DNA from: Candidatus Levyibacteriota bacterium | Lineage (GTDB): Bacteria > Patescibacteriota > Microgenomatia > Levybacterales > UBA12049 | Direction: 5' to 3' | DNA: 64,000 bases | Assembly: GCA_003173895.1 (NCBI GenBank) | Contig: PJMG01000021.1 | Location: forward strand, 12,274-76,273 | In this document: positions 32,386 through 41,578 of the stretch, piece after piece | Layout of the letters: each line of letters opens with the position of its first letter | Position numbering within the stretch: position 1 is the stretch's first letter | Made by a program: the position numbers and the translations under genes | The notes under the pieces: generated by a model | Database searches by the model: none | The model's input: the letters and a program-made list of their open reading frames with translations, nothing else | What the model was told of the DNA's origin: nothing

Positions 32386-33463
32386 AAAAATTTATAATAC
32401 TAAAAAAGGAAAATATTTTTTAATTCCTTTATTACTTTTTTCAATTTGGGTTTTTTTATCATGTTTATACATAATTTATTTTGATACTAGTCTGTCTGTA
32501 TTATCTTATTACCATAATAAGAATAGTTTTATTAATAATAACTATAATAAATTATTAGCGGGAGAAAAAATTTCAGGCCAATTTAAAGCAGTAGAAAATA
32601 ATTTAGGAATTGTTTCTATTAAGTTTCAGACATTTATAAGGCCACCTTATTTAGATGAAGATACTTTAGTTTTTAAACTTAAAGAAAAGGGAGCTAAAAA
32701 TTGGTATTACCAGAATACATATAGAGATGGATTAATTTATGATGTTCCAATATTTCCATTTGGATTTCCACAAATCTCAAATTCAAAAGGTAAAACTTAT
32801 TATTTTGAAATTAGTTCATTAAATGGTAATTCAGAAAATTCTGTGGCATTAAGTAGTCGCGGACAAATTTTATTTAGTAAATATAAATTTTCTAAAAGTG
32901 TTCTACTACATAATAAAAAAGCATTCGCAATATTTATATTAGAAAAATTTATTAGCGCGATTTTAACTTCAGATATAAGATTTTCATCATTTATTTATCT
33001 TTTACCTTTAATATTCTATTTACTTCTTATGTCCCCAGCTGGGAAGATAATCATTTATCCTACAGCAAAAAAGTTAAATGACATTTCTCTGAAGATAGCA
33101 AATGATCCTTATTTTAAACCTATAGCTAATTCTCTTAAAATTCTACAAAAGATAGTTATTTATAATTTAGAATGGATAATTATTTTTCTGGTTATATTCG
33201 ACATATTTATAACTCAAGTAACTAATGATGTTATATATTTAGTAATAATTTTGTTATGGATATCTGTATTAAAAATTTATAAAATGAATAGCAAAATAAC
33301 TTTTATTTTCGCTTTGATTTTGCTACTAATTCCTCCCATATCCTTTTTGTTAAAAGATTCACCTACAGCAGAAAAAGCAGCTATTTGGGCATATATGTTT
33401 TTAATAGCTGGATTTATTCAGATTTTATTTGAATATAAAAATGGTAAATCAATAAACTATTGA
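32369..33463 (+). CDS. Membrane protein of unknown function (N-terminal TM, beta-rich external domain, C-terminal TMs)
   Basis: ORF track; hydrophobicity pattern; overlaps the upstream gene. Confidence 0.7.
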   Translation: MKKIIKKIYNTKKGKYFLIPLLLFSIWVFLSCLYIIYFDTSLSVLSYYHNKNSFINNNYNKLLAGEKISGQFKAVENNLGIVSIKFQTFIRPPYLDEDTLVFKLKEKGAKNWYYQNTYRDGLIYDVPIFPFGFPQISNSKGKTYYFEISSLNGNSENSVALSSRGQILFSKYKFSKSVLLHNKKAFAIFILEKFISAILTSDIRFSSFIYLLPLIFYLLLMSPAGKIIIYPTAKKLNDISLKIANDPYFKPIANSLKILQKIVIYNLEWIIIFLVIFDIFITQVTNDVIYLVIILLWISVLKIYKMNSKITFIFALILLLIPPISFLLKDSPTAEKAAIWAYMFLIAGFIQILFEYKNGKSINY

Positions 33464-33498
33464 TAAATTTCAGATTATAAAGTTATAATAAAGCGTTC

Positions 33499-34038
33499 AT
33501 GAAAATAGCAGATAAGTTAAAATCCTTTATTGAAGATTTTCCTGATTTTCCACAAAAAGGTATTATTTTTCGAGATATTTCTCCACTCTTAGAGAATCAA
33601 GATGTGTTCGCTACTACAATGAATGCTTTATGCGATAAGGTAAAAGATAAAAAATTTAATAAAATAATAGGTATTGATGCGCGAGGGTTTATCTTCGCTT
33701 CTGCGATGGCTTATAAACTTAAAAAGAGTTTTGTTATTTGTAGAAAACCAGGGAAATTACCAGGAAAACTAATTACACAAAACTATAATTATGAATACTC
33801 CTCAACAGCTATTAGTATACAACAAGATAAACTAAAAAAAGAAGATAAAATTCTTATTGTTGATGATGTTTTAGCAAGTGGAAATACTGCATTAGCAGCA
33901 TATAAAATTGCTCAAAGGAAAGCAAAAGTAGTAGGCCTACTTTTTCTTATTGAGTTATCTAATCTTTCAGGAAGAAAGTATTTATTACAAGAAACTGGAT
34001 TAAAAGATAGTCAGATTCTTAGTATCGCACAGTATTAA
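33499..34038 (+). CDS. apt: Adenine phosphoribosyltransferase
   Basis: PDFPQKGIIFRDISPLL; IDARGFIF; RKPGKLP; PRPP motif IVDDVLASG. Confidence 0.95.
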   Translation: MKIADKLKSFIEDFPDFPQKGIIFRDISPLLENQDVFATTMNALCDKVKDKKFNKIIGIDARGFIFASAMAYKLKKSFVICRKPGKLPGKLITQNYNYEYSSTAISIQQDKLKKEDKILIVDDVLASGNTALAAYKIAQRKAKVVGLLFLIELSNLSGRKYLLQETGLKDSQILSIAQY

Positions 34039-34041
34039 AAT

Positions 34042-34692
34042 ATGAAAATAGTATTTGCTTTGGCAATGGATTATGAAATTGAAAATATATTTGTCTTAAA
34101 TGAATGGGTATTAATAGAAGAGAAGCCATTCAAAATATATTGTCTAAAAAAAAATAAAGACATGGGTCTTATAAAGACAGGTATTGGAAAAGTGAATGCT
34201 GCTGCAGCAATTCAATATGTTCTTGGGAAAGGAACTCTTAAGAAGATTATTAATCTAGGATTAGTCGGTTGTTTAAACAAGAAAATGAAAATCGGGGAGG
34301 TACGAAGTATTTCTCAATCACGTTTTTTTGATATTGACGTGAGAAGTTTTGGATATGCTCTTGGGCAAATTCCCAAATGTACTATAGTTAACTATCCTTT
34401 TCCTCCAAACCAAGTACAACTCCCTTTAGCAAAAATTATTTCAGGAGATTCTTTTGTTGCTAACCAAAACGATCTTAAAGAGATAATAGAATTATTCCAT
34501 CCGGATTTTATTGATATGGAAATAGGTGCTATTGCGCATACTTTATATATCAATGACAAACTTAATATTTTGGAAAGTTATAAAGCTCCGTCAGATTATG
34601 CGGACGGCTCTGCAAAAAACGATTTTTATGAAAATGAAAAACAAGCGTTTAAAAATTTAAGATCGTTAGCATCTAAATTATTGACTGAATAA
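34042..34692 (+). CDS. mtnN: 5'-methylthioadenosine/S-adenosylhomocysteine nucleosidase (Pfs)
   Basis: AMDYE; TGIGKVNAA; FGYALGQIP; SGDSF; DMEIGA; SDYAD. Confidence 0.88.
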   Translation: MKIVFALAMDYEIENIFVLNEWVLIEEKPFKIYCLKKNKDMGLIKTGIGKVNAAAAIQYVLGKGTLKKIINLGLVGCLNKKMKIGEVRSISQSRFFDIDVRSFGYALGQIPKCTIVNYPFPPNQVQLPLAKIISGDSFVANQNDLKEIIELFHPDFIDMEIGAIAHTLYINDKLNILESYKAPSDYADGSAKNDFYENEKQAFKNLRSLASKLLTE

Positions 34693-34709
34693 TATGTCCA
34701 TGATATTCT
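34681..34709 (+). promoter_or_regulatory. sigma70-like promoter of the luxS-like gene (leaderless type)
   Basis: TTGACT-17 nt-TATTCT with an upstream TG; ATG 6 nt downstream. Confidence 0.55.
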
Positions 34710-34715
34710 CCTCCC

Positions 34716-35729
34716 ATGAGAGAAGGTATCACTTTTCAAATAGGTCCTCATTCAGCAGATCGTGATCATACCTTAATGACTGGTGGGACTCTGTCCGAGT
34801 TAAAAATTCTTCGTTCTACTGAGGGTATTTCCCTTGCTCATTACTTACTACCAGGAATTGATACACATATTTCTCGTCTAGACGCAGGTTTACACACGCT
34901 CGAACATATGTTAGCTTATTCTACAGACACTGGTAGCCTTCGTACTCAAATTGAACAACTAACGGGAAATAAGGAAATAGCTCAATGCATTATTGATGTT
35001 TCTCCTTATAGAGTAAGTGAAGGAATATTTGGATTTAGAGTTACCTCTGTAATTCCCTTGGATAAAGATGTTCTCACGACAGCATATGCACACAGTCTTA
35101 CGACAGGTACTAAATACATTTTAAAAGGGGGAAAGCCTCCTTTTGCAACTCCGAAACAATGTGGTCAATATGATTTGCATAGCAATGAAGCTGCTCTAAA
35201 AATAATTCATTCAGCTCAAGAAAAACTTAATACTGGACTAACTGCACTAGATATTTCTTCTCCAAGACCTGCTGCTTCCATAATTACTGTTGGAGATTTG
35301 CGTCTAATTAGGCCCAAAGCTACAGATGCACACACACAACGAACTTTAAGACCAGATGTAAGTCATATAATTTCACAACTTATGGAGCAATTTGCATATC
35401 TTAGTTTACCTAACCCAGAAAATGGGAGAAGATTAGCATTTGGAGTATATGGTTGTATGACAGGCGACTATGCAATGACGCTTGATATTCCACTCGATGT
35501 AGCGCATGTTGCAATTGCCCGAGTACTTTCCCAGCTTACACCATTAAAAAATAGCTCTAATCCTAATGTTCGTTTTATAGGAGAAGATGCTGCTTTTTGT
35601 CTTGATCATATTCATGAGTATTCTCCTGATACATATGAACATGCAATGGATCTTGGAAGTTTACCATTTGATGTAAATAAGGAACTAGAGCACGTTGGGA
35701 CTATACGTAGGAAACCAACTACTTTGTAA
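34716..35729 (+). CDS. luxS: Tandem two-domain LuxS (S-ribosylhomocysteine lyase)-like protein
   Basis: DHT; GLHTLEHML; IIDVSP; QCGQYDLHS in the first half; ITVGDLR and YGCMTG in the second half; directly downstream of mtnN. Confidence 0.8.
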   Translation: MREGITFQIGPHSADRDHTLMTGGTLSELKILRSTEGISLAHYLLPGIDTHISRLDAGLHTLEHMLAYSTDTGSLRTQIEQLTGNKEIAQCIIDVSPYRVSEGIFGFRVTSVIPLDKDVLTTAYAHSLTTGTKYILKGGKPPFATPKQCGQYDLHSNEAALKIIHSAQEKLNTGLTALDISSPRPAASIITVGDLRLIRPKATDAHTQRTLRPDVSHIISQLMEQFAYLSLPNPENGRRLAFGVYGCMTGDYAMTLDIPLDVAHVAIARVLSQLTPLKNSSNPNVRFIGEDAAFCLDHIHEYSPDTYEHAMDLGSLPFDVNKELEHVGTIRRKPTTL

Positions 35730-35848
35730 TTGTTGTTTCTTAGAAAAAATAAGATTTTATATAATCTATAAGATTTTATAAAAGTAAATAATAGGTAAAT
35801 ACTTGCTTGTATAAATTGATAATATAAATATGTTATACTTTTAAAAAT

Positions 35849-37129
35849 ATGAATTTAAAATATCCTAAATATCATTTTATTAAGACTGGATATATTAAAA
35901 ACTGCCAAGTTTGTAATTCAAATAAAATTCATAAAATTTTAGATTTAGGATATCAACCACTATGTGATTCTCTTTTAACAGAAGAAATGTTAAAACAACC
36001 AGAAATGACCTATCCTCTCAGAATGATGTGGTGTGAAAATTGTACAAATGTTCAAATTGATTATTGTGTAGATGGAAAAATTGTATATGCTCCTACATAT
36101 CCATATAGATCTGGAATCACTAAAGAACTTGCTGTTTATCAAAAAAATATAAGTAAATCTGTTATAGAAAAATATAATTTAAAACCAGAGGATTTAGTAA
36201 TAGATGTTGGATCTAATGATGGTACTTTGCTAAGTGGGTTTAAAAAAGAAGGCCTTAAAATTCTTGGTGTAGAACCCACAAATATTGCAAAAATTGCAAA
36301 AAAGAATGGAATTACTACAGTTCAATCATTTTTTGATATTAAAACTTCTAAAATAATTAAGAAAAAATATGGATTGGCATCAGTAATAATTACTACAAAT
36401 ACTTTTGCTCATATGCAAACATTGGGAGAATTTATAATGGGAGCTTATAATTTATTAAAAAAAGATGGCGTATTTATAAACGAAACACATTATCTTCTAG
36501 ATGTTATTAATGGAGGGCAATTTGATACTATTTATCATGAACATCTAAGAACATATTCTTTAAAATCTTTAATAACATTATTTAAACCATATGACTTCAC
36601 AATCACAGACGTAGAAAGGGGAGATAGATATGGTGGTAATATACGCATTCATGCCACAAAAGGAAAAGGAAGAAAAGTAAGTAAGAAAGTAAAAGAATTA
36701 TTAGAATTAGAAGAGAAATTTGGATTAGATAAATTAGAGACGTATGAAAAATTTGCTTCAAGAGTTAAAAAAGCACGTATTAAATTTATGAATTTTTTAA
36801 TCTCTTCAAAAATGAAAAATAAAACAATAGTTGGAAATTCTTCTCCAGGACGGTGTTCTACTTTATTAAATTATTATGGAATTGATACAGAACTTATACC
36901 ATATTTAGCTGAGCAACCTACATCATTAAAATTAGGAATGTATTCACCTGGTAAGCATATTCCCGTGGTTAATAATCAAAGACTTATTAATGAGCAGCCT
37001 GATTATGTAGTACTAATGGCGTGGCATTATGCAAAACCGATTATGGAACAATTAAAAGCTCGTGGTTTAAAATCAGATTTTATTATCCCCTTACCAGATT
37101 TTAAAATAGTCAAAAATTCAGAAGTGTAA
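35849..37129 (+). CDS. NDP-sugar C-methyltransferase (Zn-binding N-terminus, SAM domain, C-methyltransferase C-terminus)
   Basis: CQVC...CENC; DVGSNDGTLL; GVEP; FDTIYHEH; PDYVVLMAWHY. Confidence 0.88.
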   Translation: MNLKYPKYHFIKTGYIKNCQVCNSNKIHKILDLGYQPLCDSLLTEEMLKQPEMTYPLRMMWCENCTNVQIDYCVDGKIVYAPTYPYRSGITKELAVYQKNISKSVIEKYNLKPEDLVIDVGSNDGTLLSGFKKEGLKILGVEPTNIAKIAKKNGITTVQSFFDIKTSKIIKKKYGLASVIITTNTFAHMQTLGEFIMGAYNLLKKDGVFINETHYLLDVINGGQFDTIYHEHLRTYSLKSLITLFKPYDFTITDVERGDRYGGNIRIHATKGKGRKVSKKVKELLELEEKFGLDKLETYEKFASRVKKARIKFMNFLISSKMKNKTIVGNSSPGRCSTLLNYYGIDTELIPYLAEQPTSLKLGMYSPGKHIPVVNNQRLINEQPDYVVLMAWHYAKPIMEQLKARGLKSDFIIPLPDFKIVKNSEV

Positions 37130-37130
37130 A

Positions 37131-38138
37131 ATGTTAAAAATAGGTATAATTGGTTCAGGTTTTGGACTTTATGGTTTACTACCTGCTTTTAAGTCATTGA
37201 ATAATTGTTCAGTGGTTTCAATATGCTCAAGTAAAACAAAAAGGTTATTAGATTATTGTGAAGAAATAAATTTAAAAAATATCTATACAGACTGGAAGTT
37301 AATGTTAGATAAGGAAAAATTAGATGCTATTGCTATAGCAGTGACTCCTAACGCACAATATGAAATTGCTAAAGTAGCAATTAAAAAAAATTTACATGTT
37401 TTTTTAGAAAAACCTCTTTCAGCTAACATAAATCAAGCAGAAGAACTTTTAAAATTGGCTCAAAAAAATAAGGTTATTACAGTAGTTGATTTTATTTTTC
37501 CAGAAATAAATGAATGGATAGAGGTTAAAAAGATGTTAGATAAAAAAACTTTTGGAACTGTAAATAATATCTCTGTAAATTGGGAATTTTTAAGTTACAC
37601 TCTTAAAAATAAACTATCTTCTTGGAAAATGGATATTAATGAAGGTGGTGGAGCATTATCATTTTATTTTTCACATGTTCTCTATTACTTAGAGTATTTT
37701 ATAGGTGAGATTTTAGATTTAAAAAGCTTATTCACATATTCAAACGAGAGTAAAAATAATGGGGATGTAGGTGTAGATTTTCTAATTAAATTTAAAAATA
37801 ATATTAATGGTAATGCGCATCTTAATTGTAATGTTATGGGTATAAATAAACATCAACTAATTTTTGAATGTTCCAAAGGGACTATTATTTTACAAAATGA
37901 AAATAATAGCCTAGTTGATTTTTCCATAAGAGCTTTTGATTTAAATTCTGAAAAAAAAATTGACTTTTTTAAACAATGTGTTAACTCTAAAAACGAAGAT
38001 GAAAGAGTCGTAATTGTTAGAAAGCTTGCTCAAAAGTTTATAAATGCTTGTATAAATAATCATGAAGTAACTCCGTCTATAAAAAATGGTTTTAGAGTAC
38101 AATTTCTCATAGATAAGATACGAGCAAATAAATTTTAA
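37131..38138 (+). CDS. Gfo/Idh/MocA family oxidoreductase
   Basis: IGIIGSGFG; HVFLEKP; GGGAL. Confidence 0.88.
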   Translation: MLKIGIIGSGFGLYGLLPAFKSLNNCSVVSICSSKTKRLLDYCEEINLKNIYTDWKLMLDKEKLDAIAIAVTPNAQYEIAKVAIKKNLHVFLEKPLSANINQAEELLKLAQKNKVITVVDFIFPEINEWIEVKKMLDKKTFGTVNNISVNWEFLSYTLKNKLSSWKMDINEGGGALSFYFSHVLYYLEYFIGEILDLKSLFTYSNESKNNGDVGVDFLIKFKNNINGNAHLNCNVMGINKHQLIFECSKGTIILQNENNSLVDFSIRAFDLNSEKKIDFFKQCVNSKNEDERVVIVRKLAQKFINACINNHEVTPSIKNGFRVQFLIDKIRANKF

Positions 38139-38153
38139 ATTATGAAGAAATCA

Positions 38154-38262
38154 CTACTTAAAATAAGCCAAAAGCTGAAAAAGCTACTATTTGGTCATAC
38201 ATATTTCTAATAACAGGATTTATTCAGATTTTATTAGAACATAAAAATAATGCTAAAAGCTA
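38154..38262 (+). pseudogene. Remnant 3' end of a paralog of gene 32369..33463
   Basis: Translates to PKAEKATIWSYIFLITGFIQILLEHKN versus PTAEKAAIWAYMFLIAGFIQILFEYKN; 64/75 nt identical to 33368..33442 by hand count. Confidence 0.85.
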
Positions 38263-39767
38263 AAAATATTCAAAAAATTGTTAGTATTATATTTTTTTTA
38301 TGGAGCATATTTTATTTTCTAAAAGTTTGGCTTGAAAATTATCAATTAAAATTTAATTTGGATCTTTTTGATGGATCTTTAAGGCTAATTTCTGGGCTTT
38401 ACGCATCAAATAACTTCATTGCCTATAAAGATTTTTCCTTTGTTTATCCACCAGGATTAGTGATTTTAAGTCAAATATTTCATATAAATAGTTATTCGTA
38501 TTATCAAATTTTCGCACTTATTTTCCTAACTATTACAATTATCTTTGTTTGGTTTTTAGCAATTAAAGCTAAATCCTTATTTTTTATTAGCAGCCTAATT
38601 TTTATTTTGAGTCTTAATATTAATCTTTTATCAGACCCTTTTATAGAAATATTATGGTTATTTTTAATAGCACTTATTTATTTTTTCTTAAAAGGAAATA
38701 ATAATAGATATTTAATTTTTATATATTTTATAGAAATTGCTATTTTATTTTTAAAGTGGGAAAGAATAATAATAACTTTACTTCTACTAAATATTTATTT
38801 AGCTGCTTCTTTTGTTTTAAGAAAAGTGGATAAGAAAATTATTAATTTAATTCTTATTTCTTTTTGCTCAATTTTTACATCAATATTTTTGTTTTATCTT
38901 TATTGTTCTTTTGAAAAAATAGATATTAAAAATGCATTATATTTTATAATTATTGTTCCAATAAAAATATTACCATTTAGAAAATTACCATTACCACAAA
39001 TAAATTTAATACATAATTTCCATGCGCAAATAATTTATTTCTGTTTTTTTATTTTAGCTTTTTTATTAATTTATTTAATATTGTTTTTGAAAAATTCAAA
39101 GCAAAATATAATTGATTTTTTAGATAATAATAGCTATCTAGTTTTATTTTTTGTAGTGTTATTTCCTGTTTTGATCTATTCATTAGGTCGATCAGATTTA
39201 GGTCATACATTTCCACTCTTTTTTACATTATTACTAATAATTTTACTTATAAATTTATCAAATAAGAGAATTATTCCAATTGTTTTTTTGTCTTTAATAT
39301 ATATGTTTTTGTATTTTAACATTTTTAAAAACACATTTTATTTTTTACCTAATACTGTTTACATAAATAAAGTAAATTCAGATCTAACCTCTTGTAAGCT
39401 TTTAATTAAAAATAAAAACTATAAAACTATTTTTGTAGGTAGATCCCTATACACAAATTACATAATAAATTATGCTTATCTTTATCTAATTAATCCTAAA
39501 ATAAAACCTGCTAGTCAGTATATAAGCGATGAACCCGGATTACAAAATAACTGTTATGACGGAGAAAAAATTGCACAAGAATTAAAAATAGCTAAAAAAC
39601 CGATGCTGGTTTTTTTAGATAATTATCCCCAATGGAAGGAACCAAATAATTCTTCTAATATGAATTCTTGTGGTAATATAGAAAATTGGGTAAATAAAAA
39701 CAAATTTGAAAGAATTGGTATATGCTCGGTACAAGATAGAAAATTTGAAGTTAGAATTTATAAATAA
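38250..39767 (+). CDS. Polytopic membrane protein, probable GT-C glycosyltransferase
   Basis: LDLFDG after TM1; YKDFSFVYPPG loop; GRSDLGH; multi-TM. Confidence 0.6.
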   Translation: MLKAKNIQKIVSIIFFLWSIFYFLKVWLENYQLKFNLDLFDGSLRLISGLYASNNFIAYKDFSFVYPPGLVILSQIFHINSYSYYQIFALIFLTITIIFVWFLAIKAKSLFFISSLIFILSLNINLLSDPFIEILWLFLIALIYFFLKGNNNRYLIFIYFIEIAILFLKWERIIITLLLLNIYLAASFVLRKVDKKIINLILISFCSIFTSIFLFYLYCSFEKIDIKNALYFIIIVPIKILPFRKLPLPQINLIHNFHAQIIYFCFFILAFLLIYLILFLKNSKQNIIDFLDNNSYLVLFFVVLFPVLIYSLGRSDLGHTFPLFFTLLLIILLINLSNKRIIPIVFLSLIYMFLYFNIFKNTFYFLPNTVYINKVNSDLTSCKLLIKNKNYKTIFVGRSLYTNYIINYAYLYLINPKIKPASQYISDEPGLQNNCYDGEKIAQELKIAKKPMLVFLDNYPQWKEPNNSSNMNSCGNIENWVNKNKFERIGICSVQDRKFEVRIYK

Positions 39768-39796
39768 TTGGGTATAATTTAAAATGTTATAGAATT

Positions 39797-40870
39797 ATGA
39801 ATAAAATGATCACAAAAGAAAATAATTTTTATAAAAATAAAAAAATTCTAGTAACCGGAGGAGCAGGATTTATAGGATCAGCCTTAGTTGATAGTTTAAT
39901 CCAAAAAGGCGCAATAATTACAATAGGAGATAATTTATCTTCAGGAAGTTTAAATAATATTTTGAGAGTTTGGAAGAAAAATAATCTAAAGTTTAAAAAA
40001 ACTTCCTATGGTTATCTTACTGAAAATAGTCATAAGTTTGTATTAACAGATTTAGAAGAATTTAATTCTGCTCTCAAAATTACTAAGAATCAAGAAATAA
40101 TTTTTCATTTAGCAGCTAATATTGGTGGGCGAGGATATATAGATACTCACCCCGCTGATTGTTGTGAAGGTTTTTCTATTAATCAAAATGTCATTAAAGC
40201 CGCACATTTAGCAGGCGTCGATCGCGTACTTTTCGCTTCTTCCGCTTGTGTGTATCCTGAAGATTTACAAAAAAATTATAACTCTAAATATCTCTTAAAG
40301 GAAGACGATGCTTTTAAAAAAAATTGGGGCAATGCTGATCGTGAGTATGGATGGGCTAAATTAATGGGTGAAATAACTCTGAAAGCATATAATCAACAGT
40401 ATGGTTTAAAAGGTGTAAGCACACGATATGTGACAGCATTTGGTCCATGGGAAAATGATACTCATGCGATAATTGCTTTAATTAGACGTGCAGTTGAAAA
40501 AAAAGATCCGTATATAATTTGGGGCAGTGGTAAACAAGATAGAGATTTTACTTATATAGATGATATTATTTCTGGAACACTTTTGGCTTGTGAAAAAATT
40601 ACAGATTGTGACGCTATAAATTTAGGGACTGGAGTTCGTTATACTATGTTGGAAACTGTTGAAACAATATTCAATATATTGAATTGGAAACCTAAAAAAA
40701 TAATATTTGATAAAACTAAGCCCGAAGGAGTTAAAACACGCGCTTTAAATATTGTTAAAGCAAAGAAATTACTTAATTGGAAGCCAAAATTTGATTTAAG
40801 GGAGGGGCTAGAAAGAACTATTGATTGGTTTATAAGAGAGAATCCTCTTTCTGTTGAGACTCTAAAATAG
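39797..40870 (+). CDS. NAD-dependent epimerase, GDP-mannose 3,5-epimerase-like
   Basis: TGGAGFIGS; HLAANIGGRGYI; ASSACVYP; YGWAK; WGSGKQDRDF. Confidence 0.82.
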   Translation: MNKMITKENNFYKNKKILVTGGAGFIGSALVDSLIQKGAIITIGDNLSSGSLNNILRVWKKNNLKFKKTSYGYLTENSHKFVLTDLEEFNSALKITKNQEIIFHLAANIGGRGYIDTHPADCCEGFSINQNVIKAAHLAGVDRVLFASSACVYPEDLQKNYNSKYLLKEDDAFKKNWGNADREYGWAKLMGEITLKAYNQQYGLKGVSTRYVTAFGPWENDTHAIIALIRRAVEKKDPYIIWGSGKQDRDFTYIDDIISGTLLACEKITDCDAINLGTGVRYTMLETVETIFNILNWKPKKIIFDKTKPEGVKTRALNIVKAKKLLNWKPKFDLREGLERTIDWFIRENPLSVETLK

Positions 40871-41566
40871 ATGATTAAATTAAATATAATTCTCCCAGTT
40901 TTTAATGAAAAAAATAGTATAGAAAAAGTTCTTCAAGAATGGAAAAAGGAATTAGATAAAGAAAAAATTTCATATAAATTTATTATTTGTGAAGATGGTT
41001 CTACAGATGGAACTAAAGGTTTATTATTAAAACTTTTTAAAAAATATCCATTAACATTAAATCAAAAAGAAAAAAGGCGAGGCTATGGTGGAGCGGTTAT
41101 AGATGGTATTAAAGAGGCCAAATCAGAATATATTTTGTGTGTAGATTCTGATGGACAATGTGATCCAAAAGATTTTTCCAAATTTTGGAAAAGAAAAAAT
41201 AATGCTAAAGTTCTAATTGGATGGAGAACAAAAAGAGCTGATAATTTACAAAGAAAAATATTCTCTAAAACATTTATGCTAGGTTTTAAATTATTATTTC
41301 CAAATAAAATCCATGATCCGAGTGCTCCTTTTGTATTATTTAAAAAAGAAATTATAAAACCTTATTTAAATTATTTAAATTTCTTAAAAGAAGGTTTTTG
41401 GTGGGGATTTATTGGTACATGTATAAAAAATAAATTATCAATTATAGAAATTCCTATAAATCATCGAGAGAGAATTGATGGAAATACCCAAGTTTATCAT
41501 CTTAAAAAAATACCATCTATTGCCTTTAATAATTTTATTGGTTTAATAAAATTAAGGATTGCTTGA
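40871..41566 (+). CDS. GT2 polyprenol-phosphate sugar synthase-like
   Basis: EDGSTDGT; RGYGGA; DSDGQ; HD. Confidence 0.85.
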   Translation: MIKLNIILPVFNEKNSIEKVLQEWKKELDKEKISYKFIICEDGSTDGTKGLLLKLFKKYPLTLNQKEKRRGYGGAVIDGIKEAKSEYILCVDSDGQCDPKDFSKFWKRKNNAKVLIGWRTKRADNLQRKIFSKTFMLGFKLLFPNKIHDPSAPFVLFKKEIIKPYLNYLNFLKEGFWWGFIGTCIKNKLSIIEIPINHRERIDGNTQVYHLKKIPSIAFNNFIGLIKLRIA

Positions 41567-41578
41567 TATAATGGAACT

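Noticed and set aside
38142-38210. 22-codon ORF MKKSLLKISQKLKKLLFGHTYF
   Set aside because: It is better explained as an out-of-frame reading of the paralog remnant.
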